DNA of 64,000 nucleotides from Williopsis jadinii (lineage: Eukaryota): positions 1,612,001 to 1,676,000 of the forward strand of contig AP024664.1 in assembly GCA_024346625.1 (NCBI GenBank), in the 5' to 3' direction. Shown piece by piece: positions 20,243-32,287 of the stretch; position 1 is the stretch's first letter; every line of letters begins with the position of its first letter. Made by a program: the position numbers and the translations under genes. The notes beneath the pieces were generated by a model that had not been told where the DNA came from, searched no databases, and saw nothing but the letters and a program-made list of their open reading frames with translations.

Positions 20243-22129
20243 ATGACATCTGAAGCGCTTAGACAGCAATTTCGCACTGTGTTTGCACTACAGGATCTAC
20301 CACAAGATGGCGACGTCGGCGTTGTCACAACGTGGCTCTTTTCCCATCAAGGCAAGCCTCCGTCGAGAAGATGTTTGGCAGCGATGAAGACGATACACGA
20401 TCAACACTGTTGGACTGCCATAATAAAACACTACATTGAGCACATAAGGATGGAGATCTTACCTCTTAACATCACAGACCTGGACAAACTGGTAAAAATA
20501 AAGGAGTACTTCATGCTGCCGTTGCAATATCTCCACCTAACGGCGTTGGAGTTTGCGCTTGTTGAAAGAACAGTGGACTCTTTAATAAGGATGAAGATCC
20601 AAGCCATGGACAATCCGAGCTTGGAACAGGAACAGTTCCTTCTGTCCATAGGAATGGATACATGTGAACTGAACAAGTTGAGAAACGAACGTGAGATTGG
20701 GGCCAGGATCGCTGCCTTAAGAGGAATCTGGGATAGATCAGTTCTAAACGAGCTACCTTCTGAGTTCTCGAGGATCAAGCTGGCACACTTGAGAATGACA
20801 GAGATCTTTGACATAGTGTTGGACTACCCGGCTTCGATTCCTTCATTACAGGATCTTAGGGTCTGTCTACAGCCTAATCAGAGGAACGATTTGGTTGACT
20901 ATTTTACCAGCACATGTACTCGGAGACTGCTACACGCTGGTATTAACACTGAAAGTATTATTTTGTGTTTCATATCCACGATAAAGTCCTTTCTCGAAGT
21001 GGACCCCGCTGGTGTGTTGTTGGACTCCGCCTTCAGGCCCATCAAGAAGTACTTGAACTCGAGATCAGATACTGTGCACGTAGTTGTGAACGCATTGATA
21101 AACTCGGAGACCTCTGATACACTATCAGGATTAGTGGACGAATTGACCATGGTGTCGGATGAATACCGTGATGAATTGACCCTTGATTGGACACCGGCAC
21201 CAATCGATGCATTGCCAGATTTCAGAAAGCAGGATATCATTGATGCCTTGATTTCACTAAACGAAAAGAGAGTATTCATCGAGGAATTAGAAACCGTCTG
21301 TGCACACAGGTTACTCTCATCAAACTTGGACGAACAGAATAAATTGGCTGGAAAATTGCTGTGCCTTAAATCGAAGTTTGGTGAAAATGAATTGAATAGA
21401 TTGGACGTTATGTTAGATGATATATCCAAGAGTAAGCAATTGGACACCGTGATTCATAAGTCAAACGCTGAAATTTCAAGGGATTTACAATTCTATATCT
21501 TGTCGCATGCATATTGGCCAGATTTTGAAGAAGAAGATGAAGTACAGTTCACTCCTCCAGAACCAATTCAACGCCAGATATCGCTCTATGAAAAGGCTTA
21601 CAAAGATTTGAACAAGGGCCGAATCATGAAATGCTTAAATCGTGGATCAGTGGAGATTGAATTAGAATTCGAAAACAGAAGTGTTACTGTTAATGTTGAA
21701 CCACTGGACGCATCTGTTATCGCGTGTTTCCATGAAAATGAATCTCGTGAGCTAAGTGATATATTGAAGACTCTAAAAGTTAGTTCTGAACTAGTAACAA
21801 AGTCTTTATCATTCTGGATCGACCTTGGTATCTTGACCTTTGAAGGCAATAAGTATAACGCTGTTACAAACCCCGATTCAAAGAAACTACACCAATTTAT
21901 TCTGTCCAAGGATGACAAGACCCAATTGTTAGATTTTTATTGGGATGTAATTGCTGGTATGCTGAAGAGTTTAGGTCCAATGACTCTATCACAAATCTAC
22001 AACTATCTAACAGCTGTTATTCCAGATGGAAACAAAACGTCATTGGTTGAGCTTGAAGCTTACCTAAAACTACGTGTTGAAAATGGAGATATATCAAATC
22101 AAGGGAACCAGTACGATTGGAAGAGATGA
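20243..22129 (+). CDS. APC2: APC/C cullin-like subunit Apc2
   Basis: EIFDIVLDYPAS, RLLHAGINT, LDWTPAPIDALPDF, LDVMLDDISKS, ILSHAYWP, C-terminal WHB-like region. Divergent from DCN1 as YLR127C/YLR128W. Confidence 0.92.
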   Translation: MTSEALRQQFRTVFALQDLPQDGDVGVVTTWLFSHQGKPPSRRCLAAMKTIHDQHCWTAIIKHYIEHIRMEILPLNITDLDKLVKIKEYFMLPLQYLHLTALEFALVERTVDSLIRMKIQAMDNPSLEQEQFLLSIGMDTCELNKLRNEREIGARIAALRGIWDRSVLNELPSEFSRIKLAHLRMTEIFDIVLDYPASIPSLQDLRVCLQPNQRNDLVDYFTSTCTRRLLHAGINTESIILCFISTIKSFLEVDPAGVLLDSAFRPIKKYLNSRSDTVHVVVNALINSETSDTLSGLVDELTMVSDEYRDELTLDWTPAPIDALPDFRKQDIIDALISLNEKRVFIEELETVCAHRLLSSNLDEQNKLAGKLLCLKSKFGENELNRLDVMLDDISKSKQLDTVIHKSNAEISRDLQFYILSHAYWPDFEEEDEVQFTPPEPIQRQISLYEKAYKDLNKGRIMKCLNRGSVEIELEFENRSVTVNVEPLDASVIACFHENESRELSDILKTLKVSSELVTKSLSFWIDLGILTFEGNKYNAVTNPDSKKLHQFILSKDDKTQLLDFYWDVIAGMLKSLGPMTLSQIYNYLTAVIPDGNKTSLVELEAYLKLRVENGDISNQGNQYDWKR

Positions 22130-22205
22130 AAGCTAAAAAAGATAGGATAGATGATCATCAAAGGAAAGCAAGCTAAACCAGTTGATTGCAGCAAAGATCA
22201 CGTAA

Positions 22206-25200
22206 TCAATCCACGTTACCGAGCACGCGTCCATATTGCATTTCAACTTCGTGAACCAGTTTCTGTAATCCAATAATAGCATACTGATGAGTCAATGCAG
22301 GGAAACTCTTTCTATGGAGACCAAACCATTCTAATGGCGGAGTAGCATCACCCAAATCTCTCAGCTGTGGTGCTTCTATAATCGGGATGGTCAAGGGAGT
22401 GTAATGATATTTGTCATCGATACCAGCAGCTTTTATTTTTTCCTCGATGTTTTCATCTCCAATAAGAGGAACAGAGTCTTCGCTTAATCTGAGACGACTA
22501 GAAAAAGCTCTGGCATGCATCGTCCACATCTCTCGAATGAAGTTGATTGAACCAAGGTTCCAACGGATGTCCACCTTACCTCCAAATTGACTTCTATAAC
22601 TGTACTCAATTTCATTGGATTTGGGTTTACTCCAAGTCTCCATTACACATTCCCACGATGGGAAGATGAAAATGCCACCGCCTCTAGCTTCTATGGCATG
22701 AGATATGAAGGAATCTATTGATATTGTGACCAACATTTCTTCAGGGAGTTGAGTCTTGTGTGACGATAAGGCAATGTTAATATCCAGCAGCTTCATGTTC
22801 AAGTTACTAATGAGAGTTCTTTGAGAAAGATGCTGCCCAAAATGTATTCTTAAGCCACCAAGATCAAATATCAGCACTTGAGAGTCCAGTAAGGATGAAG
22901 GATAGACTTGAACAATCGTCTTCCCAAAGTTAACATTGATTTCTGTCGTCAGTGTTGCAATAATGTCAATGATGTCAGAGTTCTTATTCTTCTCACCCTT
23001 TACTATGACCTTGTTCATATCCTCTTGTATGATCTCTTGTTATCCTGACGAATACGAACAAGCGTATTGTAAATATCCATCACATTCGAGGCTGCAAACG
23101 CTGTCGTGAAAATCTCAATAGAACCACACTCTGTGGACGCAGCAAGTTTATCATTCAAAATCTTGTGCTTATCAACTTGGTTAAATACGGAAATAAAGAA
23201 ATTTTGAACCTTTCCCATGAAGAAGACGTTATAGTCGAATGATATCTTGGTTTCAATACCATCAAAACCGGAAGATAGGAATAACAATGGCATGGTTTGG
23301 TTATCACCAACCATGGACCATTGGATGACAGAATTGAAGCGAATGTTCTTTACATCCAAGAATCCATCTAACCTTCCTTTTGATTTCAAAGCAAGCGTAT
23401 CCAGGCCGACAAGTAAGTCTTGTTCCCTTATGGATTTCTTCCTGGAGACTGCCCACGCCCTATCCAGCTCTAATGACAACAAGCCCAACGACGGCCCTAG
23501 ATCAACTTTGAGATTAGCATCAACAACTAATATATCAACAGTCCATGGGATTGGACTGGTTCCATACGCCTTCTGAAACATCACCGCAAGGTTTTCTTCC
23601 TCACCTTCGGCATTGCTGACAGCAGATTTCATGCTTGTAGCCGATCCGTTGTTAGTCTGTTGTTTGATTAACCACAAATCTTTGAACAGGTTAACATCTT
23701 GAAGTTGCTTGAGGTTCAAGTATGATTGAATTGAATTCACCTTTACACCAGAGAATATCTTCAACTCCTTGTCTTTAGACATTAACAAGGACCATAGAAG
23801 TTCGTCTACCGTCACAGATGCACTGATTTCCCTTGAATATGTATGCTGTACCGAGGCACCAACGTTCGAAATGGCCAAGGCACCAGATACCGGCTGAGTT
23901 GGATGTTCATCATCAGTCACCAGGCGAAGATCGATACAGTCCATCCCAACTACTGCCTGGACTTTTGCTGATGGCTCACAACTCAGAATTAGCTCCTGTC
24001 TGTCAATTCTTAAGCAGAATGCAATGTGACATCTGTTCAGTATCTCTTCAATGTCGATTGAGGAACCAGAGGTTGCCTCCTTCTCCATGGACGATTGTTT
24101 GAATATTTTCGACATATTCTTGAAGCCATGTATGACGCTGTCAAGTACAGGCACACACTCCACCAGCAGCGTATTGCTTGAGGAGAATGTCAACACCTCA
24201 ATATCAATGTTGTGATCTTTAGGACCTGATGTCTTCGTGTAATCAGTTATGATCTCCACACCAGGGGTTTTGATCTTGAAAGAAGAACCAAATACATCAT
24301 TGGGATGTCCAAAATCATCTCCGTATAGCTCAATTGCTCCACCAGCAAAGTTCATAATGCACTGTACTGAAGCTGAAATGACTCGGAAGCTTATAGGCCT
24401 CTGAGGGGGAGGATATGCTCTCTTCTTGGATGAAACGACGTTTGACGTTTTTCTTAAGTCGTTCCAGTGTTGATACGGTCTTCAAGAATCGTTCAAATGC
24501 TGCAACTGAGGAAGACGAGAATTTAACATCAAATTGTTCACCAGTAACTCTGACTATCACATCCTTATTCTGAGCATTAGAGTATGCAATTTGCATATTC
24601 GGAAGGAAAGCTCTGTTTCCACTCTGGAATTCTTCTCCAGAACTGAAGAAGTTATCCAAATCTATCCCTTTGGCGATAGATATATACGCACTGATGAGAG
24701 AGAATTTACCCAAGCTATCTTCCGTGATGAAAAACATCTTGTCACACCCAACGATCAAACCTGGATAATCCTTTGTGGGCTCATCGAATATCACACCCAC
24801 ACAGAAGTTATACGACAACATGTGCATGGATGAAAAGGGCAGTACAGGTTCTTTTTCTGACTTTTCTTTTGCTGGAGTTTCGATCTTCTCCATTGACACA
24901 CCTAGTTCATTCAAAATGTATCTGACGTCGTGTGTCAACTGCATCATTTTGGCAATTGTTATCGGATGGAGTAGGATGTGGAAATGCTCTGATTCTATTT
25001 GTAATGCTTGACGATCAGTTTCAGGGTTTAATACAACTTTGACGGATAGACTCACATCCATGACACTAGAAGACAGTGCTGGGACATCGTTCGAATCTAT
25101 TTTCAGCTTCGTATTAGCAATTTCAACATCACCATAAGGTTTCTTTGTACCGAAGATGATATCGTGCCATGTCAGCAATATCTTGTGCAACTCGAGAGTA

Positions 25201-28200
25201 TATGTTTCGAGCCCCACGTTAAAGGCCAGAGACAAAACCAAGCCGGAAACTGCCATTCTCTTAAAGATGATGGGTATCTTTTGGGACTCTGAATCACTCA
25301 TAGATCTTTTAACTTCACCTCCAGCCAAGGAACGTGCACTGGTTTTCAAGATCTCGAAACTATCGATAGCTTCCGAGATAGAGTGCTTGATAGATTTTAT
25401 GTTTGATAACAATTCCGTGAATATCACCTGTGTCAGCTGATAATCCCAATCAATTTCCATGGATTTTGATTCAAGGTCATATTTGGCAAACAATTGTGAT
25501 CCATGGTGGCTTATTGCAAAGTACTTTTCTTCGTATGGCAAGGTTTTAACCTCGAAACTCACGATAGATGATGAAATACCGGAGAATAGAATACCATCCT
25601 GCAGGATAAGTTCCAGAGACCCGTTATCAATAATACCAGATGATTTGAGAGGATCAATTATACTCACAGTCCACCCGAATCTTTTACTGTTAATGAGTAT
25701 ATGGGTGTCAGGTGGAGTGAAAGTCTTACCCTTAGTTTGAGAAGAACTCAACCTCGACCAATCCTTGGATTTGAAGGTGATCAAGTCGTCTGAAAGGTTT
25801 GTCAGGAGTTCGACACAAGAATTAGTTCCATGACCAACGGTGAAGACAGCATCATCGGAATTGACCCTCAATACCTTAGAGCCCGTGACTAAATTCCCAG
25901 TTGATGCAGCAGATGCATTGAATCTGGTCAACGAATAGTTAACACATGTTGCGTTGTCAGAGGATATATCAAACTCGAAGTATTTCGACCCACAAGTCAC
26001 ATTTATATCTGGCCCATCTTGAGAAGTTACCAAAAGAAATGCCAGTTCAACATCAGAACTAACGATATTGACCGAAGTCTTTGGTAACATGACTTTGAAG
26101 TCAACATCTTCAAGCAGCATCACGCAATGAAATTCGGAGAGTCTTTCACCAATATTCTTATCTTGTGTTTCCGAAGATGGGGCCCGAATATCTAGAAGGG
26201 GTAATAAGTCGTGAAGTAATAAACCCAACTGGCCTTTGAAACGAGAAACCCTCAAGCTCAAAGAGTCGGACAACTGTACAGAAGAAACAGAGGTCACAAC
26301 CTTATGTCCAGATATATCGAGGAAATCAGCGCATACGTAATTAACTTGTCCATCTGGTGCAAGAAGATTCACAGATGTGTTTTCGACAGATAATTTGAAT
26401 AATCCAGACTTCAATGGCTTTAATGGGAAATCGGCAAAGATGTATTTAAAGACATAGCTGGTAGCTGGGTCTCTAAGTTCCCAACTTCTCCATTCAGAGA
26501 ACACAGCCAGTACTTCGTCCCAAACTGAAGCCGGTGCCTCGAATTCAGATGACAGAAACTTCTTCGTCTGCTGATCATACCAGTTCCGTGGTGCATTGGT
26601 TAGAATGTGCCGTAAACGAGCTATAATTTTCCAGCTATCTTCGTTTCTTATATGGTTCTTGGATAATCTCACGATATAAGAAGGACGGGTGATAACTGCT
26701 GGGTCGTGATTGATCTTGAACTTGTCTGTTGCAGTGGCAATCTGATACATCAATTCGATACGAGCCTTGTAATGGTTGTCAATAATCAAATTTAGTCTCT
26801 TGGTGAAGCTGTTAACATGGCCAATTAGTTTCTGTATTGAGCTAGCCAAGCATGGAATAGACTCACTGTCTATGTCCATTGTAAAAGCACCCAATGATAC
26901 AGAAGTGCTAGACTCATTCAAGATATGAGACCAGAATTCAATGTCACTTAACTTGATTGTAAGAGGTATTGGACCCTGAAGAGAATTCTTCACACAAGCT
27001 CTGAGGGTCAAAATGTGCATTGCAACGGTATCTTCGTCAATGCCTTTTGATGGCTTTTTGAAGGAGGCTGCAAGGGATGGGCTTTCAACCTGTACTTCGA
27101 CATGTTCGATATTGTCCTCCTCCAATGGATCATCAGACCAGCTTTTCTCCGTAAGTAGGATGGATATATTTGGTGATACGAAGCGAACATTGTCCCAAGC
27201 ATTAGTCACATCAAACTCTTTATACAAAGTTTTGAGAACGGAGACTTGCAAATCATCCATACAATCCTTGAAAGACATTCTTAATAGGGACTCAACATAG
27301 TCCAGAATAATTGGAAGTGATTCAACGCTTATGTTGGCGTCCACCACACCCACATTAAAGATCAGATTGGAGGTGTCAAACTCGGGATCGGAGTCCTTTA
27401 AGGGCCTGAATTCTGAGTCTTCATAGTCGAGACTTGGTTTAATCTTTGAACCTGCTAGTGTTTCCCGGAAGTTCTTCTTAAGGATCTTTGCGTAAGGGTA
27501 ATGTGAAGATTGCAAGAATTCAGAATCAAAATCCTGTATGAAATTCTCTGTCTCGTTTGAAGGCGTAAATTCTTCACCATCCAGGCCTATGGTGTCACCG
27601 ATCACCAAGTCATCAAATATCATATCAATTGTTTCCTTGGTAAGCGGGGGCGAGATGTCTGGGATTGGAAGACTGGGCACAATTACGCCATACATTTGAT
27701 TGTAACGTGCTTTACTCTCTTCATCGACGAAAAATGGGGCTCTGTGAAATGGACAATCGTGCCTTATAACATGATCATTCTGCTTTTGACGAACATTATT
27801 ATAGTCCATATTCTCCTTGAAGTTTGTGAACCTGAGAGCTGTTCCAATATCAACATAGAATTTCTTCGACTCAACATCCTGGAGCACGACACGAGCTTCT
27901 CCAACATCAACTGAAGCCTTTTTGATGAATCTTGGGTTAGTGAAATCAATAGACTTGAACACAACATCATCCAATTCAAATATCAGTGCATGCTGAGCAT
28001 TTGCACTGCGCACGGTAAGCTTGATACCTGGAACTGCCACTGTGAGCTGGGTTGTATCGAAGAGCTCTGGTTCCACCATTGTCAAGTGATTTTCAAAATT
28101 CTTGTAACCGTACGCAATCATCTCGATAGCCTTGACAAGCCCACTAAGAACATCAGTCGTACTGTCGAAAAGGATTTGACCAGGCGTGATGTCCCATTTG

Positions 28201-30872
28201 CAGAAGAAGGTAGGCTCATCTGGAGGTAAACCAAAGGCCCTATGGCCATGTATGCTTAGGCCATCGATGAAAAAGTCGTCCTTTTCAGGAGCAACAAAGC
28301 CCCCAATATCCAAAAGCGATTCTTGATCACAGTCTGTTTTATAGTAACCCTTCAAAGGACTCACATCGGCCTGAAGATCCATATAATAGTTCGTGAATCT
28401 TATATCCAGATCTAGATAGCTTAGATGAAGTAACATGTTACTATGACAGTCGTACAGATTGTACGGAATCACAATACAGCTTTCTTCAACACAGAATGAA
28501 AAGTGTACGTCAGTCTCGTTCTCTATTCTCCTCAGCTTTCTGGCATCAACAGATACTGGGTCAGAGGATACTGTACCTTCATCATGATATTGTTGAGCAT
28601 TTGTGTACTCCTCCAGTGTCCTGAAGCTGGTGAAATCACCAAAATAGTTCTCCTTTATACCCATAATATACTTCATGACAAACCCATAACACTGAAGCCC
28701 GACGTATTTCCCAGTACATGCAATAATCACAGAATCAACAAGATCCAAGCCAACCTCAGAATAGTACGTGTAAGACCCCTCAACTCGAAAGTCTTGAGAA
28801 CGGCCAACTTCTCTGTGTTTCAGGAAATTGTTGAGCATATGCCATGGAGGTGTGTCGATGATCAAGCTAAACTTTGGTGTGTCAATGGAATAGTCAACTA
28901 TTGAGCATGATTTGACAATTACATCCATTGGAACATGAACCTTGATATTTAGCTCATCACCTTGAATCGACATGTAACAGTTATCGTTGAAATCCAGTGG
29001 GTTATTCACTATATTGGCATCATTAATATTGAAGTAGAGTTTGTAGTCCAATACCTTCCATATAAATTCATAAGTGAAAGGACGAAACAGCTCGTACGGA
29101 GTTGTAGGTCCCATTCCAAAATCAGAAAACATATCAGAGATTAAGGTGATATGTTCTCTGAGTAAAAACATCTCCAGATTGCTGGACGTGTTAACAAAAG
29201 ACCAAGCTGCAAGACCATTCCATGACAACGGATAGCCAATATCAGAGCAAACAGAGTGCCTCTGACACCTTAAGAGAATATCGTGATTAACACTAGAACG
29301 TACTTCACATCCTTGTAGTTTAAGATCGAATCTATTGTTATACCCCGACTTTGAAGCAACTTGTGCAGCACGTAGAGCAAGCAGAGATCCCGTTGTGCAT
29401 TTGATCTCAATCCACCCAAATGGACGTAGAGGATCATCAACATCTCTGTTGGCCTCCATAAACTCTTCGTTCTTACTAATCTCCCTGAAAGGGACTCTGA
29501 TAATGCAGTCATCAAGGAATTCGAGATTGAACTGGAACTCTGTATATTTTCTCAGTTCACCAGGGGCCAACTTCCGTTGGGGAGTAGCATCGAGACATAT
29601 TGAGGGTAAGAACACCTGATGTAACGAACGCCGTTGTCTATCTGCCCACGGGCCGTAGTGAATTGTGGCTTGAGATAGTTCCATATCCATACCGAATTTT
29701 GGAGAATCGCCGCCATTTCCAATATCAATATCATCTGGCGACTGTGTGTGCTGAGCATCACTTGGAACAAGACCCGGAATATCGTAGTAGTAGTTAAATT
29801 TACACATCTCTGATGTCAATAACGTGGTGTACTTGGCATATTCATGGTACGTATGCTGCACTTCAGAAATAGAACCCTCTTCTTCATCAAGATACTGCGA
29901 TAAACCTCTCCAAAGTTCGAAGGATCCATCTTTATTTCTTCTGCGGAAAGCAACGTTCCAAACTTTGATGAACTGTCTCAAGAGAACCCATCTCTTTCTG
30001 GTTAATTTTGGTCTTTTCTTGCTTCTCCTTCCCTGTTCAATTGGACCTTCGTATAGAATGTTGGGCTTCAACATCAGCTTCAATTCTTTAAACTCCATCT
30101 CTTGCACTATCCTTCCAAGGTCTAGTGGATTGTCAGCTGTATGCAAGTCTGCAACTCCATCACATTGAGTGTATGATGCAATCAAAACAGCCTGTGTCGT
30201 TCTATTGCCAGCAACCAGTGCACCTTTATTTATCTTTATCTGTATGGGGAAAAACTTGGTGATGAATGAAAGCGAAGGCAGGGTCTTCGGACCTACTTCG
30301 GTTGTCTCAGACGAGATCGGCGATTGAACTTGTACACATTCCTTCTCTTGTAGCGGGGACTTGGAATCCTCATCAGTATTCTTCGTCTGAGTGGACAGTT
30401 GTTCCAGAATGGTGTCATATGATACTGTTCTGTTGTACAGAAATATCTCAGCTCCACGCATGTGCAAATAGAACCGACAGGGAAGCTTCGAATTGGTAAG
30501 CAGATCACCTTCAGGCTGAGATTCTACTATATCTCTGTGTGTGTATCGTACATTGGGCAGCCAGTATCTCCAAGTAAATGTGCCTTGCACTACAGCAACC
30601 GTGTAGTCCTTATCGATGATCGTAAGGTTCTTGAAGAACAGCCGCCCTCCAAGTAGCGAAAGCTTCACACTCTGTACGTCAATCTTGATCTGACAATGTC
30701 GCCATAGAGTGTGCTCCAGAGACCACGAGATGATGAACCCCACCAATCTGTTAAAGTTGAATATGACCCATATCGAAAGAACGAGAGCTAGGATCCAATC
30801 CACAACAAACACCCAGCTCAAATCCAGGGTATTTGTGATCGAGTAAGATGCAAACTGAGGCGTTTCGTCCAT
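22206..30872 (-). CDS. CSF1: Bridge-like lipid transfer protein Csf1 (~2900 aa), interrupted by two frameshifts near 24370 and 23020 (ORFs 24330-30872, 23015-24355, 22206-23018)
   Basis: N-terminal TM segment plus FNFNRLVG..SLLGGRLFFKNL..TWRYWL, YGPWADRQR, NINDANIVNNPLDFNDN, C-terminal PQLRDLGDATPPLEWFG. The three ORFs are collinear and sum to about full length. Could be assembly error or a pseudogenised allele. Confidence 0.9.
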
Positions 30873-30987
30873 TGTAAGGAGTGAAGGGCTGTTTCCTTAG
30901 TCCCTAACAATGTTTTGATCTACATAGCTGTGTTTATTGTCTGATGAGATGATTGTAACGCGCTTAAAAGGGTACATTGGTAAGCGT

Positions 30988-31026
30988 AACACCCGAACAC
31001 CCGGACACCCAAACACCTGGACATCT
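30988..31026. promoter_or_regulatory. Five-unit 8-bp ACACCC-type array in the CSF1/SLU7 divergent promoter (Rap1-type)
   Basis: aacacccg-aacacccg-gacaccca-aacacctg-gacatct. Confidence 0.55.
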
Positions 31027-31135
31027 CTGAACAGAAGCACCGAGTCAAAGTGGTTGAGGAGAGTCTCATCACCGAGTATCAGCCGGCACTGCTTAGCACT
31101 GATCCCACAAAGCTGCACGAGAGATCTTCTGAGCC

Positions 31136-32287
31136 ATGTCAGGACAGAATCCGCACATTCCGAAGTTCATCAAAGATGCACCTTGGTACGCAGCGTCCGG
31201 TGATGATGGTACAAATGATGACTATTTAGCACATCATCGGTCTGGGAAAGAGTTCCAAAAGAACTCTGAACCACGTATTGGATCTGGGATCCGTGACGAC
31301 TTTGTCAGAGACCCGAATAAAGAGCCCACTCATAGCGTGAATACTGCCAGAAGACGGTTACGGAAGGCTAAATGTACAACGTGCGGATCTATGACCCATG
31401 ATAAGTCACAGTGTCTCGAAAAACCACAGAAGAAGAGGATAGATCGTGAGAACCTGGAGTTGGATGATGCCGGTAAAGGTAGAAGGAACGAGTCATTAGA
31501 TTATGACGGCAAAAGGGACAGATGGTATGGCTACGACGTGAATGAGTACGATGGGTATGTTAAGAAATGGGAGGCCAAGAAGCCAGAAGTCGCTGATACA
31601 AGAGATTTTGATACGGATGAGGAAATCGAGCTGAAGGAGCTTGGATTGTGTGATGAAGAGGACCTTAAGGAACTCAAGTCTCTCAAGAAGAAGAGTAACA
31701 ATCTGGAACCCGGAGAGGTGGAAAAAGTGGTTAGACTACGTGAAGATCGTGCTGTTTATCTTCAAGATGTGCGGAGTGAATCTATTAACTACGATCCTAA
31801 ATCACGTAAAGTACGTGATAAGGCAGTTATGGATGATACCAAAAACCAGTTTGTCAAACATCTCACTGGTGATGCAGAAGAATTTGAGGCCTCGAAGCAA
31901 TTTGCCTGGGATGATACCAAGAGAGGTGTTGATGTTGACAATTACGTCTCCAATCCAACGTTAGCCGACCGTAAAATGAGAACACAGTCAAAAGAGAAAG
32001 AGCTGAAAAGTTCTTCGTTGAAGAAGAAACTGCTGGGTGTCTATGGAGATAAGACGATTAGTGGTGATTCTTCAAGCGAGCAGAGGAACGCTGTAACCAT
32101 CGATGACAGCACTAGTCATTGTGACGACAACGACGATGATGATGTGAAACGATCCAAGTATGCAGAAGATGTATACATCAACAACCACACTAGTGTATGG
32201 GGCAGTTTTTATGAGAAAAATGAGCAAGGTGGCTCCTGGGGATACAAGTGCTGTAAAAGCACAGTGAAGGACAGTCTGTGTAAATGA
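31136..32287 (+). CDS. SLU7: Second-step splicing factor Slu7
   Basis: NPHIPKFIKDAPWY, zinc knuckle CTTCGSMTHDKSQC, YDGKRDRWYGYD, RLREDRAVYL, YDPKSR. Confidence 0.96.
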   Translation: MSGQNPHIPKFIKDAPWYAASGDDGTNDDYLAHHRSGKEFQKNSEPRIGSGIRDDFVRDPNKEPTHSVNTARRRLRKAKCTTCGSMTHDKSQCLEKPQKKRIDRENLELDDAGKGRRNESLDYDGKRDRWYGYDVNEYDGYVKKWEAKKPEVADTRDFDTDEEIELKELGLCDEEDLKELKSLKKKSNNLEPGEVEKVVRLREDRAVYLQDVRSESINYDPKSRKVRDKAVMDDTKNQFVKHLTGDAEEFEASKQFAWDDTKRGVDVDNYVSNPTLADRKMRTQSKEKELKSSSLKKKLLGVYGDKTISGDSSSEQRNAVTIDDSTSHCDDNDDDDVKRSKYAEDVYINNHTSVWGSFYEKNEQGGSWGYKCCKSTVKDSLCK

